Positions 37,633-46,538 of a stretch of 63,763 bases of DNA are shown piece after piece. Origin of the DNA: Oscillospiraceae bacterium (GTDB lineage: Bacteria > Bacillota > Clostridia > Oscillospirales > Oscillospiraceae); the NCBI GenBank assembly GCA_016297855.1, contig JAEDFW010000001.1:1-63763 (forward strand), written 5' to 3'. The notes under the pieces were generated by a model. That model ran no database searches, had not been told where the DNA came from, and saw nothing but the letters and a program-made list of their open reading frames with translations. A program made the translations under genes and the position numbers. How positions within the stretch are numbered: the stretch's first letter is position 1; every line of letters begins with the position of its first letter.

Positions 37633-37743
37633 TTAGTGCGCTTTGTGCGCGCTGAGTTGTATGGATTTTACGAAGTAGGTGATCGTGGTGACGAGCCAGA
37701 TGACGCTCACGGCTCAGAAGCAATACGCAATATATCCGACCGG
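37633..37743 (-). pseudogene. Possible 3' remnant of a membrane-protein gene
   Basis: Reads PVGYIAYCF*AVSVIWLVTTITYFVKSIQLSAHKAH* with host-like codons; no start codon. Confidence 0.35.
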
Positions 37744-37744
37744 C

Positions 37745-37787
37745 GTAAGCAAAGCCCCGCAGGATGCTCCTGCGGGGCTTTGCTTAC
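37745..37787 (-). terminator. Long hairpin at the 3' end of rnpB
   Basis: GTAAGCAAAGCCCCGCAGGA-TGC-TCCTGCGGGGCTTTGCTTAC, 20-bp inverted repeat. Confidence 0.75.
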
Positions 37788-38255
37788 GATCGGGTCTGTA
37801 AGCCGGGTTCTGTAATCGACAGTCATCTATCTAGGCGCATCGTTGCCGGTGCGCTCCAGCCACCTTCTCGGAGACGGCCGGGCAAGCCTTGTCTCCTCTG
37901 CGGTGTTGCTCCGGATAGAGTTTACAGCGGTGGGCACTCTCGAGCCACCGGGTGCGCTCTTACCGCACCTTTCCACCCTTGCTACATCGTTGCATGCTCC
38001 ATATCCCTCGCTTCGCCGCAAGCGGCAAAGCTCGTCCATTTCGCTGCAACTCCTTTCCCCACAAAACTTCGTTTTGCGGGGTCCCCCAGTTTTTTGAGGG
38101 AGCTCGGACTTGCCGGACGCAGCGGTATATTTCTGTTGCACTATTCCTGAAGTTGCCTTCGGCGGGCGTTACCCGTTATCCTTGCCCTGTGGAGCCCGGA
38201 CTTTCCTCATGAACGGCCTTTCGGCGCTGTTCACGCGACTGTCCGACCCGGTCGC
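37786..38255 (-). ncRNA. rnpB: RNase P RNA (bacterial type A) with expanded P12
   Basis: GAGGAAAGTCCGGGCTCC, AGTGCAACAGAAA, GGTGGAAAGGTGCGGTAAGAGCGCACC, TAGATAGATGA and ACAGAACCCGGCTTA; the P1 ends pair; promoter TTGACA-N17-TACAAT at 38262-38290. Confidence 0.97.
37989..38115 (-). repeat. Multi-hairpin, MITE/REP-like element inside rnpB P12
   Basis: 127 nt enclosed by the P12 base; nested inverted repeats CCCCGCAAAAC/GTTTTGTGGGG, CTTTGCCGC/GCGGCGAAG and GTTGCA/TGCAAC; repeat status is inferred, since there is one copy in this window. Confidence 0.5.
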
Positions 38256-38359
38256 GGTGCTATTGTACTTTATCTTGCGCTGATTGTCAAATGGATTGCA
38301 TTTTGACTGTATGCAGGATATAATAACCATACTTCATGGAGAAAAGCGGGGCATATGCA

Positions 38360-39736
38360 ATGAATGAACTCGTTTCACAGTATTTTGCCGCTCTCGCTGG
38401 AAAGCGTGTGGCGGTGCTTGGCATCGGCATCAGTAACCGCCCGCTCATCCGGATGCTGCTCTCATGCGGGATATCCGTCTGTGCATGCGATAAAACGCCG
38501 CGTGAACAGCTTGACGATGAAGTGCTGGAGCTGGAGCGGCTGGGTGCCGTGCTGCATGTGGGGCAGGGATATCTTGATGGCATGCAGGCCGATGTGGTCT
38601 TTCGCACACCTGGGATGCATCCGGAAATCCCTGCGCTGCAGAAACTGCGCAAGCAGGGGGCCGTTATTACCTCTGAGATGGAGGCGTTTTTTGAGGTCTG
38701 CCCGTGCAGGATCATTGCCGTGACCGGCTCGGATGGCAAAACGACCACGACCACGCTCATCGCAAAGATCCTCGAACATGCCGGCCGGCGCGTCTGGGTG
38801 GGCGGCAACATCGGAAGTCCGCTTCTGCCGCAGGCAAATCAGATGCAGCCGGATGATATTGCGGTGGTGGAACTGAGCTCGTTCCAGCTGATGACCATGA
38901 CGCGTTCAGCATCCGTCGCGGTTGTGACGAACCTTGCGCCCAATCATCTGGATATGCACAAGGATATGGCCGAGTATGTTGCAGCAAAGCAGAACGTGTA
39001 TCTGCATCAGAACGCAAGCGGCAAGTTGATCGTGAACGCTGACAACGCCATCACAAACGGCTTTGCCGCCACGGCTCCCGGTCGTGTGGAAAAATTCTCC
39101 CGAATGCTGCGTCCGGAAAACGGCGTATACTTACAAAACGGAGAGATTCTGCGAAACGGCGAAAAAATTATGGACGCATCCGACATCCGGATTCCGGGCG
39201 TGCACAATATTGAAAACTATATGGCGGCGGCCTGCGCGGTCGAGGGATTTGCGTCCGACGAGGATATCCGCGCTGTGGCTACAAGCTTTGGCGGTGTGGA
39301 GCACCGCATCGAGCTGGTGCGAGAGCTCCATGGCGTGCGCTATTACAACGACTCCATCGCGTCCAGCCCCACGCGCACCATTGCCGGTCTGCATGCATTT
39401 AATCAAAAGGTCATTCTGATCGCGGGAGGTTACGACAAACATATCCCGTTTGATGTGCTCGGCCCTGAAATCTGCGCGCATGTCAAGACACTGATCCTCT
39501 GCGGCGCGACGGCAGACAAGATCCGCGCGGCGGTTTTGGCGGCACCGGAATATGCACCGGGCTTGCCGGAGATCCTGCAGAACGAAACTCTGGCCGGCGC
39601 GGTATCAATGGCGCAGGCTTGCGCGCAGCCCGGCGATGTTGTCACGCTGTCACCTGCGTGCGCGGCGTTTGATCAGTTCAAGAATTTTATGGTACGCGGG
39701 CAGACGTTCAAAAAACTCGTACAGGAGCTGAAATGA
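38360..39736 (+). CDS. murD: UDP-N-acetylmuramoyl-L-alanine--D-glutamate ligase
   Basis: VTGSDGKTTTT, GGNIG, ELSSFQL, PNHLD, VEHRIE, NDS and LSPACAAFDQF; promoter TTGCAT-N17-TATAAT at 38296-38324. Confidence 0.96.
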   Translation: MNELVSQYFAALAGKRVAVLGIGISNRPLIRMLLSCGISVCACDKTPREQLDDEVLELERLGAVLHVGQGYLDGMQADVVFRTPGMHPEIPALQKLRKQGAVITSEMEAFFEVCPCRIIAVTGSDGKTTTTTLIAKILEHAGRRVWVGGNIGSPLLPQANQMQPDDIAVVELSSFQLMTMTRSASVAVVTNLAPNHLDMHKDMAEYVAAKQNVYLHQNASGKLIVNADNAITNGFAATAPGRVEKFSRMLRPENGVYLQNGEILRNGEKIMDASDIRIPGVHNIENYMAAACAVEGFASDEDIRAVATSFGGVEHRIELVRELHGVRYYNDSIASSPTRTIAGLHAFNQKVILIAGGYDKHIPFDVLGPEICAHVKTLILCGATADKIRAAVLAAPEYAPGLPEILQNETLAGAVSMAQACAQPGDVVTLSPACAAFDQFKNFMVRGQTFKKLVQELK

Positions 39737-40473
39737 TGGAGCTGAGCAAGATTTATCGCAAGGCGCTGCGCGTGCGGCGCGCACTGGATCACCCGTACTG
39801 CACGGCGGTGATTGTGGCCGCGGGCAATGCAGCGCGCATGGGCGGCACGGATAAGATCATGACGGAGCTGGCCGGTGTGCCGGTCATCTGCCGCACGCTC
39901 GCGGCATTTGAAAACGCCGTGCAGGTAGACGAGATCATCGTTGTTACCCGCATGGAGCTGCTTGAGCAGATGAGCGAGCTTGCCGCGGCGTTTTCAAAGG
40001 TGCGCATGGTCGTGCCGGGCGGCTGCGACCGGATGCAGTCGGTTATGAACGGTCTGCGCGAGGCGTCGGACAAGACGCAGCTCGTCGCGGTGCACGATGG
40101 TGCGCGACCGCTGGTCAGTGATACCATCATCGCAAATACCATCTCCAAGGCGGCAAAGTTTGGTGCGGCTGCACCTGCCGTCCCGGTCAAGGATACGATC
40201 AAAGTGTCGACAACCGGGGCAGTGGAGGCGACACCCGACAGAAAAACGCTGTTTGCCGTGCAGACGCCTCAGGTATTTGATTATGCGCTGTTGTGCGGCG
40301 CTTTGGAAAACGCGAAGAACAAAAAGCTTTCCATCACCGACGACTGCTCCGCCGTTGAGGCACTGGGAATGCCTGTGCAGCTGACTGACGGAAGCGAAGA
40401 AAATCTAAAGATTACAACACCCATCGACCTTGCGTTTGCCGAGGCGATTCTGAAAGGCAGGCGGAATGCATGA
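39733..40473 (+). CDS. ispD: 2-C-methyl-D-erythritol 4-phosphate cytidylyltransferase
   Basis: [26 protein letters not shown] and NLKITTPID. Confidence 0.96.
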   Translation: MMELSKIYRKALRVRRALDHPYCTAVIVAAGNAARMGGTDKIMTELAGVPVICRTLAAFENAVQVDEIIVVTRMELLEQMSELAAAFSKVRMVVPGGCDRMQSVMNGLREASDKTQLVAVHDGARPLVSDTIIANTISKAAKFGAAAPAVPVKDTIKVSTTGAVEATPDRKTLFAVQTPQVFDYALLCGALENAKNKKLSITDDCSAVEALGMPVQLTDGSEENLKITTPIDLAFAEAILKGRRNA

Positions 40474-40937
40474 GGATCGGCCATGGCTATGACGTACACT
40501 GCCTTGTGGCGGGAAGAGCGCTCGTTCTGGGCGGTGTGAACATCCCATATGAAAAGGGACTCGACGGCCATTCAGACGCGGATGTGCTGGTGCACGCGGT
40601 GATGGACGCGCTGCTGGGCGCAGCGGCACTGGGCGACATCGGGATGCTCTTTCCCGACAACGACGAGCGCTATCTTGGCGCGGACAGCATTATGCTTCTG
40701 CGCGAGGTGAAAGCACGTCTTGCGTGCTACGCTATCAGCAATATTGACGCAACTGTCATTGCACAGAAGCCGAAGCTTGCGCCGTTTATTGACGATATGC
40801 GGAGAAATATTGCCGGTGCGTTGGGACTGGATTTGTCGCGGGTGAGCGTGAAGGCGACCACAGAGGAACATCTTGGCTTTACCGGCTCCGGGGAGGGCAT
40901 TGCCGCACACGCGGTGTGTTTATTGGAAGAGACATAA
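40470..40937 (+). CDS. ispF: 2-C-methyl-D-erythritol 2,4-cyclodiphosphate synthase
   Basis: [20 protein letters not shown] and [12 protein letters not shown]. Confidence 0.97.
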   Translation: MRIGHGYDVHCLVAGRALVLGGVNIPYEKGLDGHSDADVLVHAVMDALLGAAALGDIGMLFPDNDERYLGADSIMLLREVKARLACYAISNIDATVIAQKPKLAPFIDDMRRNIAGALGLDLSRVSVKATTEEHLGFTGSGEGIAAHAVCLLEET

Positions 40938-40972
40938 AAAGCTGCGGACAGCTTGGCTGCCCGCAGCTTTTT
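40936..40972. terminator. Bidirectional terminator between ispF and the transporter
   Basis: AAAAAGCTGCGGACAGC-TTG-GCTGCCCGCAGCTTTTT. Confidence 0.8.
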
Positions 40973-40984
40973 CAGTATGTAAGG

Positions 40985-42532
40985 TTATGCGGCTTTTTTT
41001 GCGGTAAAGGTCTTGATGATGAGAAGTGTGGCAACCATCAGCACGATACCAAGCGGCAGGCAGATGTACCAGCTGCGGATAAAGCCCGCAAGGATGTAGC
41101 ACGCGAGTGACACGCCTGCGACGGTCAACGCGTATGGAAGCTGCGTGGACACATGGCCGATATGCTCACACTGCGCACCGGCGGAGGCCATAATGGTGGT
41201 ATCGGAGATGGGCGAGCAGTGATCGCCGCAGACGGCACCCGCCATGCAGGCCGAGATGGCGATGATCATCAGCTCATTGCCGAGGTTGGAGTTGAACACG
41301 TCAACGACGATCGGAATGAGGATACCAAACGTGCCCCAGGAAGTGCCGGTGGCGAAGGACAATCCACAACCCACCAGAAATACCAGCGCGGGAAGCAGAC
41401 TCATGAGTGCGTTGTTGTGCGCAACGGCATCGACAATACCGGCGACATATTCACGCGCGCCGAGCGAGTCGGTCATGGCCTTCAGCGTCCAGGCAAAGGT
41501 CAGAATCAGGATGGCGGGAACCATCGACTTAAAGCCTTCGGGGATGGAAGTCATGCAGTCGCGGAAGTTCAGAACCCGCGTGATGAGGTAGAATACAATG
41601 GTAAAGACCAGCGCGACAAATGAACCGAACATCAATCCGACCGATGCGTCAGAGTTGGAGAACGCCACGATGAAATTGAGGTAGCCTTCTTCGCCGGCAG
41701 TGAAGAAGCCGCCGGAGTAGATCATGCCAACGATGCAGCAGCCGATGAGCACAATGATGGGCAGAACCAGATGCAAAACTGTGCCGCGGGGACTGACCGC
41801 CTCTTCCTCTTTGGGGTCTGCGCCGGTGATACTCGCGTGATACTTGCGCTCGTTTTCATTGAGATGTTCGCTCATTTCAGCAAGACGCATCGGACCGTAC
41901 TCGAACTGGCCCACAGCGAGCGTCACCATCATGACAATGGTCAAAATTGCGTAGAAATTATAGGGAATGGCGCTGATGAACAGCTGCAGGCCGTTGGCAC
42001 CGTCAACAAAACCGGAAACAGCTGCTGCCCAGGACGAGATGGGTGCGATGATGCAAACGGGCGCGGCCGTGGCGTCGATCAGATACGCCAGCTTGGTGCG
42101 CGAGATACCGTGCCGGTCTGTGAGCGGACGCATGACGGAGCCAACAGTGAGGCAGTTGAAATAGTCGTCGATAAAAATGAGAACACCGAGTGCGATGGTG
42201 GCCAGCTGCGCGCCGACCTTGGTCTTGACGTGCGTCGCAGCCCAGCGGCCAAACGCGGCCGAACCGCCGGCCCGGTTCATCAGGATGACCATGATGCCGA
42301 GGATGACGAGGAAGACGAGAATGCCGACGTTATAGGCATCGGACAGGGCGGAGCCCACCATGCCGTCGACGAAGATATGCTCCAGGGTACCAACCAGATT
42401 GAAATTGGTAAAGAGCAGGCCGCCGACAAAAATGCCGATGAAGAGGGAGGAATAGACCTCCTTCGTGATGAGTGCCAGCGCGATGGCGATGATCGGCGGC
42501 AGAAGGGAGAAGATGGTTGCATAGAAGTCCAT
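40985..42532 (-). CDS. NhaC-family transporter, predicted lysine transporter (LysW-type)
   Basis: IFIDDYFN, DATAAP, FATGTSWGTF and GDHCSPISDTTI; preceded by a lysine riboswitch. Confidence 0.9.
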   Translation of the reverse strand: MDFYATIFSLLPPIIAIALALITKEVYSSLFIGIFVGGLLFTNFNLVGTLEHIFVDGMVGSALSDAYNVGILVFLVILGIMVILMNRAGGSAAFGRWAATHVKTKVGAQLATIALGVLIFIDDYFNCLTVGSVMRPLTDRHGISRTKLAYLIDATAAPVCIIAPISSWAAAVSGFVDGANGLQLFISAIPYNFYAILTIVMMVTLAVGQFEYGPMRLAEMSEHLNENERKYHASITGADPKEEEAVSPRGTVLHLVLPIIVLIGCCIVGMIYSGGFFTAGEEGYLNFIVAFSNSDASVGLMFGSFVALVFTIVFYLITRVLNFRDCMTSIPEGFKSMVPAILILTFAWTLKAMTDSLGAREYVAGIVDAVAHNNALMSLLPALVFLVGCGLSFATGTSWGTFGILIPIVVDVFNSNLGNELMIIAISACMAGAVCGDHCSPISDTTIMASAGAQCEHIGHVSTQLPYALTVAGVSLACYILAGFIRSWYICLPLGIVLMVATLLIIKTFTAKKAA

Positions 42533-42549
42533 ACAGATGCTTCCTTTCA

Positions 42550-42581
42550 AAAAAATGCGTCATGATAGCATCATGACGCAA
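42550..42581 (-). terminator. Riboswitch expression-platform terminator
   Basis: TGCGTCATGAT-GCT-ATCATGACGCA followed by TTTTTTT before the RBS. Confidence 0.8.
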
Positions 42582-42603
42582 CAGACAGGCGAATGTTTCG
42601 TAC

Positions 42604-42763
42604 ATGACAGCGCTCCACTTTCGTGACAGTCCGAAAGATATTCTCTTTCGTCCCAGAAACCGCACATCAGGCGCTGCGCAGGCTCCTTCGGCGAAATCCC
42701 CTTTCAGCTCCCGGCGCCGGCCGGAAAACGGAGCGTACTCATGTCATTCGCAACCTCTATCAT
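42604..42763 (-). ncRNA. Lysine riboswitch (L-box)
   Basis: ATGATAGAGGTTGC...AGTA...GAAAGG...GCCGAA...TGGG...GAATA...ACTGTC...GGAGCGCTGTCAT; promoter TTGACA-N16-TATAAT at 42779-42806. Confidence 0.92.
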
Positions 42764-42895
42764 AACTTGTTGGAAATTATTATACACACATTGCATGGCT
42801 TGTCAACTGTTTGAATGGAAAAATGCCGATATTTTGCGAAACTGTGACAGAAAACGACTGAAAGGCATACGATAATTCTGGGAGGGAATACTTCT

Positions 42896-43150
42896 ATGTT
42901 TATTTATGCATTCACATTCCGCTCGTTCACTGCGGCGCAGAGCGGCAGGAATGTTTTACAGCAGCTGATGATGGAGGCACTTGTGCAGCGCGCGCCCAAG
43001 AATCTTTCCGTGCAGGGATGCGGCTATGTTCTGCGCGTGCAGGCGGAGGACGGTACGCGCGCGGCTGAGGCGCTGCGCATGTATGGCGTACCGTTTGTGC
43101 AGATTTACCGGTGTTTTGCCAATGGCGTTTGTCAGGAGGCAGAGCTATGA
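42896..43150 (+). CDS. DUF3343 (putative Se/S carrier-like) small protein
   Basis: FTFRSFTAA and APKNLSVQGCGYVL motifs; stop overlaps the desulfurase start. Confidence 0.75.
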   Translation: MFIYAFTFRSFTAAQSGRNVLQQLMMEALVQRAPKNLSVQGCGYVLRVQAEDGTRAAEALRMYGVPFVQIYRCFANGVCQEAEL

Positions 43151-44250
43151 TCTATCTTGACAGCGCCGCGACCACCTTGCAGAAGCCGCCGGAGGTCTAT
43201 GCGGCGGTAAAAACGGCGATGCAGACACTGGCCAGCCCCGGCCGAGGCGGCTATGCGGCCGCTGTGCGTGCCGATGAGGCGGTATATGGCTGCCGCGTAC
43301 TGGCTGCGCGGATGTTTGATGCGAAGCCGGAGTGCATCGTCTTTACCATGAACGCCACGCACGCGCTGAATCTTGCCATCAAGACGCTGGTTCACCGTGG
43401 CGATCGGGTGGTGATATCCGGCTTTGAGCACAATGCCGTGGTGCGTCCGCTATACAAACTGGGAACGGAGCCTGTAGTCGCAGGCAGAAAGCTTTTTTTG
43501 CCGGAGGACACATTGCGCGCATTTGACGAGGCCATCACGGAAGATACAAAGGCAGTGATCTGCACGCATGTGTCAAACGTATTTGGGTATGTACTGCCGG
43601 TGCAGGAGATTTCGGACATCTGCCATGTACGCGGCGTGCCGTTTGTGCTTGATGCGTCGCAGTCAGCCGGAATTCTTCCGGTATCGCTCAGGATGCTGCA
43701 CGCGGCGTTTGTTGCCATGCCGGGTCACAAGGGACTCTACGGCGCACAGGGAACGGGAATTCTGGTCTGTGGGCAGCTGCCTGAGACGCTCATTGAGGGC
43801 GGTACAGGCAGCGTTTCGGCGCTGATGCAAATGCCGGATTTTCTGCCCGACCGAGCTGAGGCCGGTACGATGAACGTCTGCGGCATCTGCGCGCTGCAAG
43901 AAGGGCTGCGGTTTGTTGAAAAGACGGGGATTGAAGCAATTGCGGCGCATGAGCGCGCGCTGCAGCAGCGATTGATCCGCCATCTGGCGCAAATGGAAGG
44001 TGTGCGCGTCTTTTCTGATGGGCACGATCAGACGGGCGTTGTGTCATTTTTGCGCGGCAATGAGGACTGCGAGCGGACGGCTGCGCTTCTGGCAGAGCGC
44101 GGCGTATGTGTGCGAGCGGGCCTGCACTGCGCACCGCTGGCACACAGAAGCGCCGACAGCTTTGACACCGGAACAGTGCGCGTGAGTGTTTCTGCGTTCA
44201 ATACAGAAGCAGAAATCGATGCGTTGGCGGATATTTTGAAGAAATTATAA
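43147..44250 (+). CDS. Cysteine desulfurase family, class V PLP aminotransferase
   Basis: IYLDSAATT, FEHN, THVSNVFG, DASQSAG, PGHKGL and RAGLHCAPLAH. Confidence 0.9.
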   Translation: MIYLDSAATTLQKPPEVYAAVKTAMQTLASPGRGGYAAAVRADEAVYGCRVLAARMFDAKPECIVFTMNATHALNLAIKTLVHRGDRVVISGFEHNAVVRPLYKLGTEPVVAGRKLFLPEDTLRAFDEAITEDTKAVICTHVSNVFGYVLPVQEISDICHVRGVPFVLDASQSAGILPVSLRMLHAAFVAMPGHKGLYGAQGTGILVCGQLPETLIEGGTGSVSALMQMPDFLPDRAEAGTMNVCGICALQEGLRFVEKTGIEAIAAHERALQQRLIRHLAQMEGVRVFSDGHDQTGVVSFLRGNEDCERTAALLAERGVCVRAGLHCAPLAHRSADSFDTGTVRVSVSAFNTEAEIDALADILKKL

Positions 44251-44363
44251 ACGGGGGCTTTTTTGCGCTGCGGCACTTGCGCGCAGACTTCTTTTGCAGT
44301 ATAATACCCATGATTATAAGTATGCGTATACGCAGACGTACAAGATCGGCAGGAGAAATGTGC

Positions 44364-45242
44364 ATGACAGCCATTCGTTCGTTTTTTCAGGATATCATCT
44401 ACGCACTCCCAAAGATCGGCATCATGGATATCCTTGATATCCTGGTTGTCGCTTCTATTATCTATACTGTTCTTCGCCTTATCCGCTCCACCAGTTCGGC
44501 CAAGGTTGCTGTGAGCATTCTGGCGCTGCTGGTTATCACGTGGGTGACGGATATTCTCAATATGTACGCCGTGAACTGGATTCTGGAACGGATCCTTGAA
44601 ATGGGCGTGATCGCGCTGGTCATTGTGTTCCAGCCAGAGCTTCGCCGCGCACTGGAAAAGGTGGGCAGCCGCTTCTTTATCAATCTTGTGAACGCTCCGT
44701 CAAACCGCAGCGCAGAGGAAATGGCCATTGCCGCCACCGTGAGCGCGTGCGAGATCATGTCGAAAGAGCGTGTGGGTGTGCTGCTGGTATTTGAGCGCAA
44801 CGTCTCGCTGGAGGAATACTTCAAAACTGGTACGCTCATCGATGCGCGCGTGACCGAGCAGCTGCTCAGGAACCTCTTTTTCCCCAAGGCTTCGCTGCAT
44901 GACGGCGCGGTCATCATCCGGCAAGGACGCGTGGCCGCTGCCGGGTGCGTGATGCCGCTGTCGGAGAATACGCACCTGTCAAGCGATCTGGGCACGCGCC
45001 ATCGCGCGGGCATCGGAACGAGCGAGGTCTCCGACGCCGTGGTCGTGATCGTCTCCGAGGAGACAGGAACCATCTCCGTCGCCATCGGCGGTATGCTCAA
45101 GCGGCACCTGGCGCCGCAGACGCTGGAGAAGCTTCTGACCAACGAGCTCATCGACAACACCGAGCGCGTTTCAGGCGGCATTTTCGGCAGAGTCAAAAAC
45201 CGGATTGCCAAGAGGACGGGATTGCACCATGAAGAAAAGTAA
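44364..45242 (+). CDS. cdaA: Diadenylate cyclase CdaA
   Basis: Three TM helices, FQPELRRALE, LHDGA, LGTRHRA and VSEETG; promoter TTGCGC-N17-TATAAT at 44277-44305. Confidence 0.95.
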   Translation: MTAIRSFFQDIIYALPKIGIMDILDILVVASIIYTVLRLIRSTSSAKVAVSILALLVITWVTDILNMYAVNWILERILEMGVIALVIVFQPELRRALEKVGSRFFINLVNAPSNRSAEEMAIAATVSACEIMSKERVGVLLVFERNVSLEEYFKTGTLIDARVTEQLLRNLFFPKASLHDGAVIIRQGRVAAAGCVMPLSENTHLSSDLGTRHRAGIGTSEVSDAVVVIVSEETGTISVAIGGMLKRHLAPQTLEKLLTNELIDNTERVSGGIFGRVKNRIAKRTGLHHEEK

Positions 45243-46482
45243 ACTCATCACCATGATCATATCGCTGCTGGCCGCGTTTTTGCTGTGGGTCTACGTCGTC
45301 ACGATCGTCAACCCTGAGCGCGATGCCACGCTGACCGATATTCCCGTCAGTTTTTCCGGCGAGGAGGTTCTGCGCGAGGATCAGGGACTCGTCATCACCG
45401 AGGGAAAGGATATCACCGTTACGGCGCATTTTTCCGGAAAGAACGCAGACCTCAAGAAGCTGGAAGAGAATCGGGACGAGATCGTTGCCGTTGTGGATGT
45501 ATCCAAGGTAAGAAGTGCAAAAGAGTATACACTTTCGTATGAGCTGACGCTGCCGAACTCTGTGCAGCAGTCGGCGATTACCACCTTTGACCGTCGGCCA
45601 AGTACCATTTCCTTTACCGTACAGCGGCTCGTGAGCAAGTCGGTCGAGGTTGTGGGCGATTTTTCCGGCGTTGAGATTGCTGACGGCTATATGCTTGACA
45701 GCAGAAGCTTTGACTATGAGACCGTCATGGTTGAAGGACCCGAGGATGTTGTGGGGGCCATTAAGTGCGCGCAGGTGGCCATGAGCCGGACCAAGCTGGA
45801 TAAATCCGTGACCGACTCGCTGCAGTTCACGCTGCTCGATGATAACGGCGAACCGGTCGATACGTCGATGCTCACGACCAATACCGACACCATCGAGGTC
45901 ACATTGAATGTCGTCAAGCACAAGTCCGTGCCGTTGGATGTGGAATTCATCGATGGCGGCGGCGCAACCAGCAAGGACGTCTCGTATGAGATTGATCCTT
46001 CGTCCATCACGATCTCGGGCGATTCGACGGTTCTGGACGCGCTCAACAAGATCGTACTGGGCAACATTGACCTGGCTTCGATCAAAAACAGCAATGAGGT
46101 TCTGCCGTTCTCAATCGTTATTCCTGACGGCGCGAAAAACGTCAGCGGAGAGGAACAGGCCACTGTTACCATCCGCATCAAGAATAAAGAGACGGCAGTT
46201 ATCCGCGCTACGAACATTGCCTTTATCAACACGCCCGATGGCTATACGCCCAACAGCGTCACGCAGCTCGTGCAGGTGACGGTTCGCGCAAGCGCATCGG
46301 ATATCACGAAGATTTCGTCGAGCAGTCTGCGCGTGGTGGCGGATATGAGCGACTGCACACAGGCCGGCACCTATCAGGTTCCTGTCACGATTTATATCGA
46401 CGGCTATCCGGATGCGGGTGTGATCGGTGAGTATTCTATCGCAGTGACCCTGACAAAGACCGAATCGTCAGAGAATGGATAA
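45229..46482 (+). CDS. cdaR: CdaR/YbbR-domain regulator
   Basis: SLLAAFLLWVYV TM followed by YbbR-type repeats; directly after cdaA. Confidence 0.88.
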   Translation: MKKSKLITMIISLLAAFLLWVYVVTIVNPERDATLTDIPVSFSGEEVLREDQGLVITEGKDITVTAHFSGKNADLKKLEENRDEIVAVVDVSKVRSAKEYTLSYELTLPNSVQQSAITTFDRRPSTISFTVQRLVSKSVEVVGDFSGVEIADGYMLDSRSFDYETVMVEGPEDVVGAIKCAQVAMSRTKLDKSVTDSLQFTLLDDNGEPVDTSMLTTNTDTIEVTLNVVKHKSVPLDVEFIDGGGATSKDVSYEIDPSSITISGDSTVLDALNKIVLGNIDLASIKNSNEVLPFSIVIPDGAKNVSGEEQATVTIRIKNKETAVIRATNIAFINTPDGYTPNSVTQLVQVTVRASASDITKISSSSLRVVADMSDCTQAGTYQVPVTIYIDGYPDAGVIGEYSIAVTLTKTESSENG

Positions 46483-46538
46483 CTAGACGCCTGCAGCTGC
46501 GAGTGGCTGCGGACTGCAAAGGATTGGAGGAAGCTGCC

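Noticed and set aside
37764..38212. Several short ORFs overlapping rnpB, including across the P12 insertion
   Set aside because: They lack RBSs and coding features and are explained by the RNA gene; the insertion encodes no plausible transposase or endonuclease.
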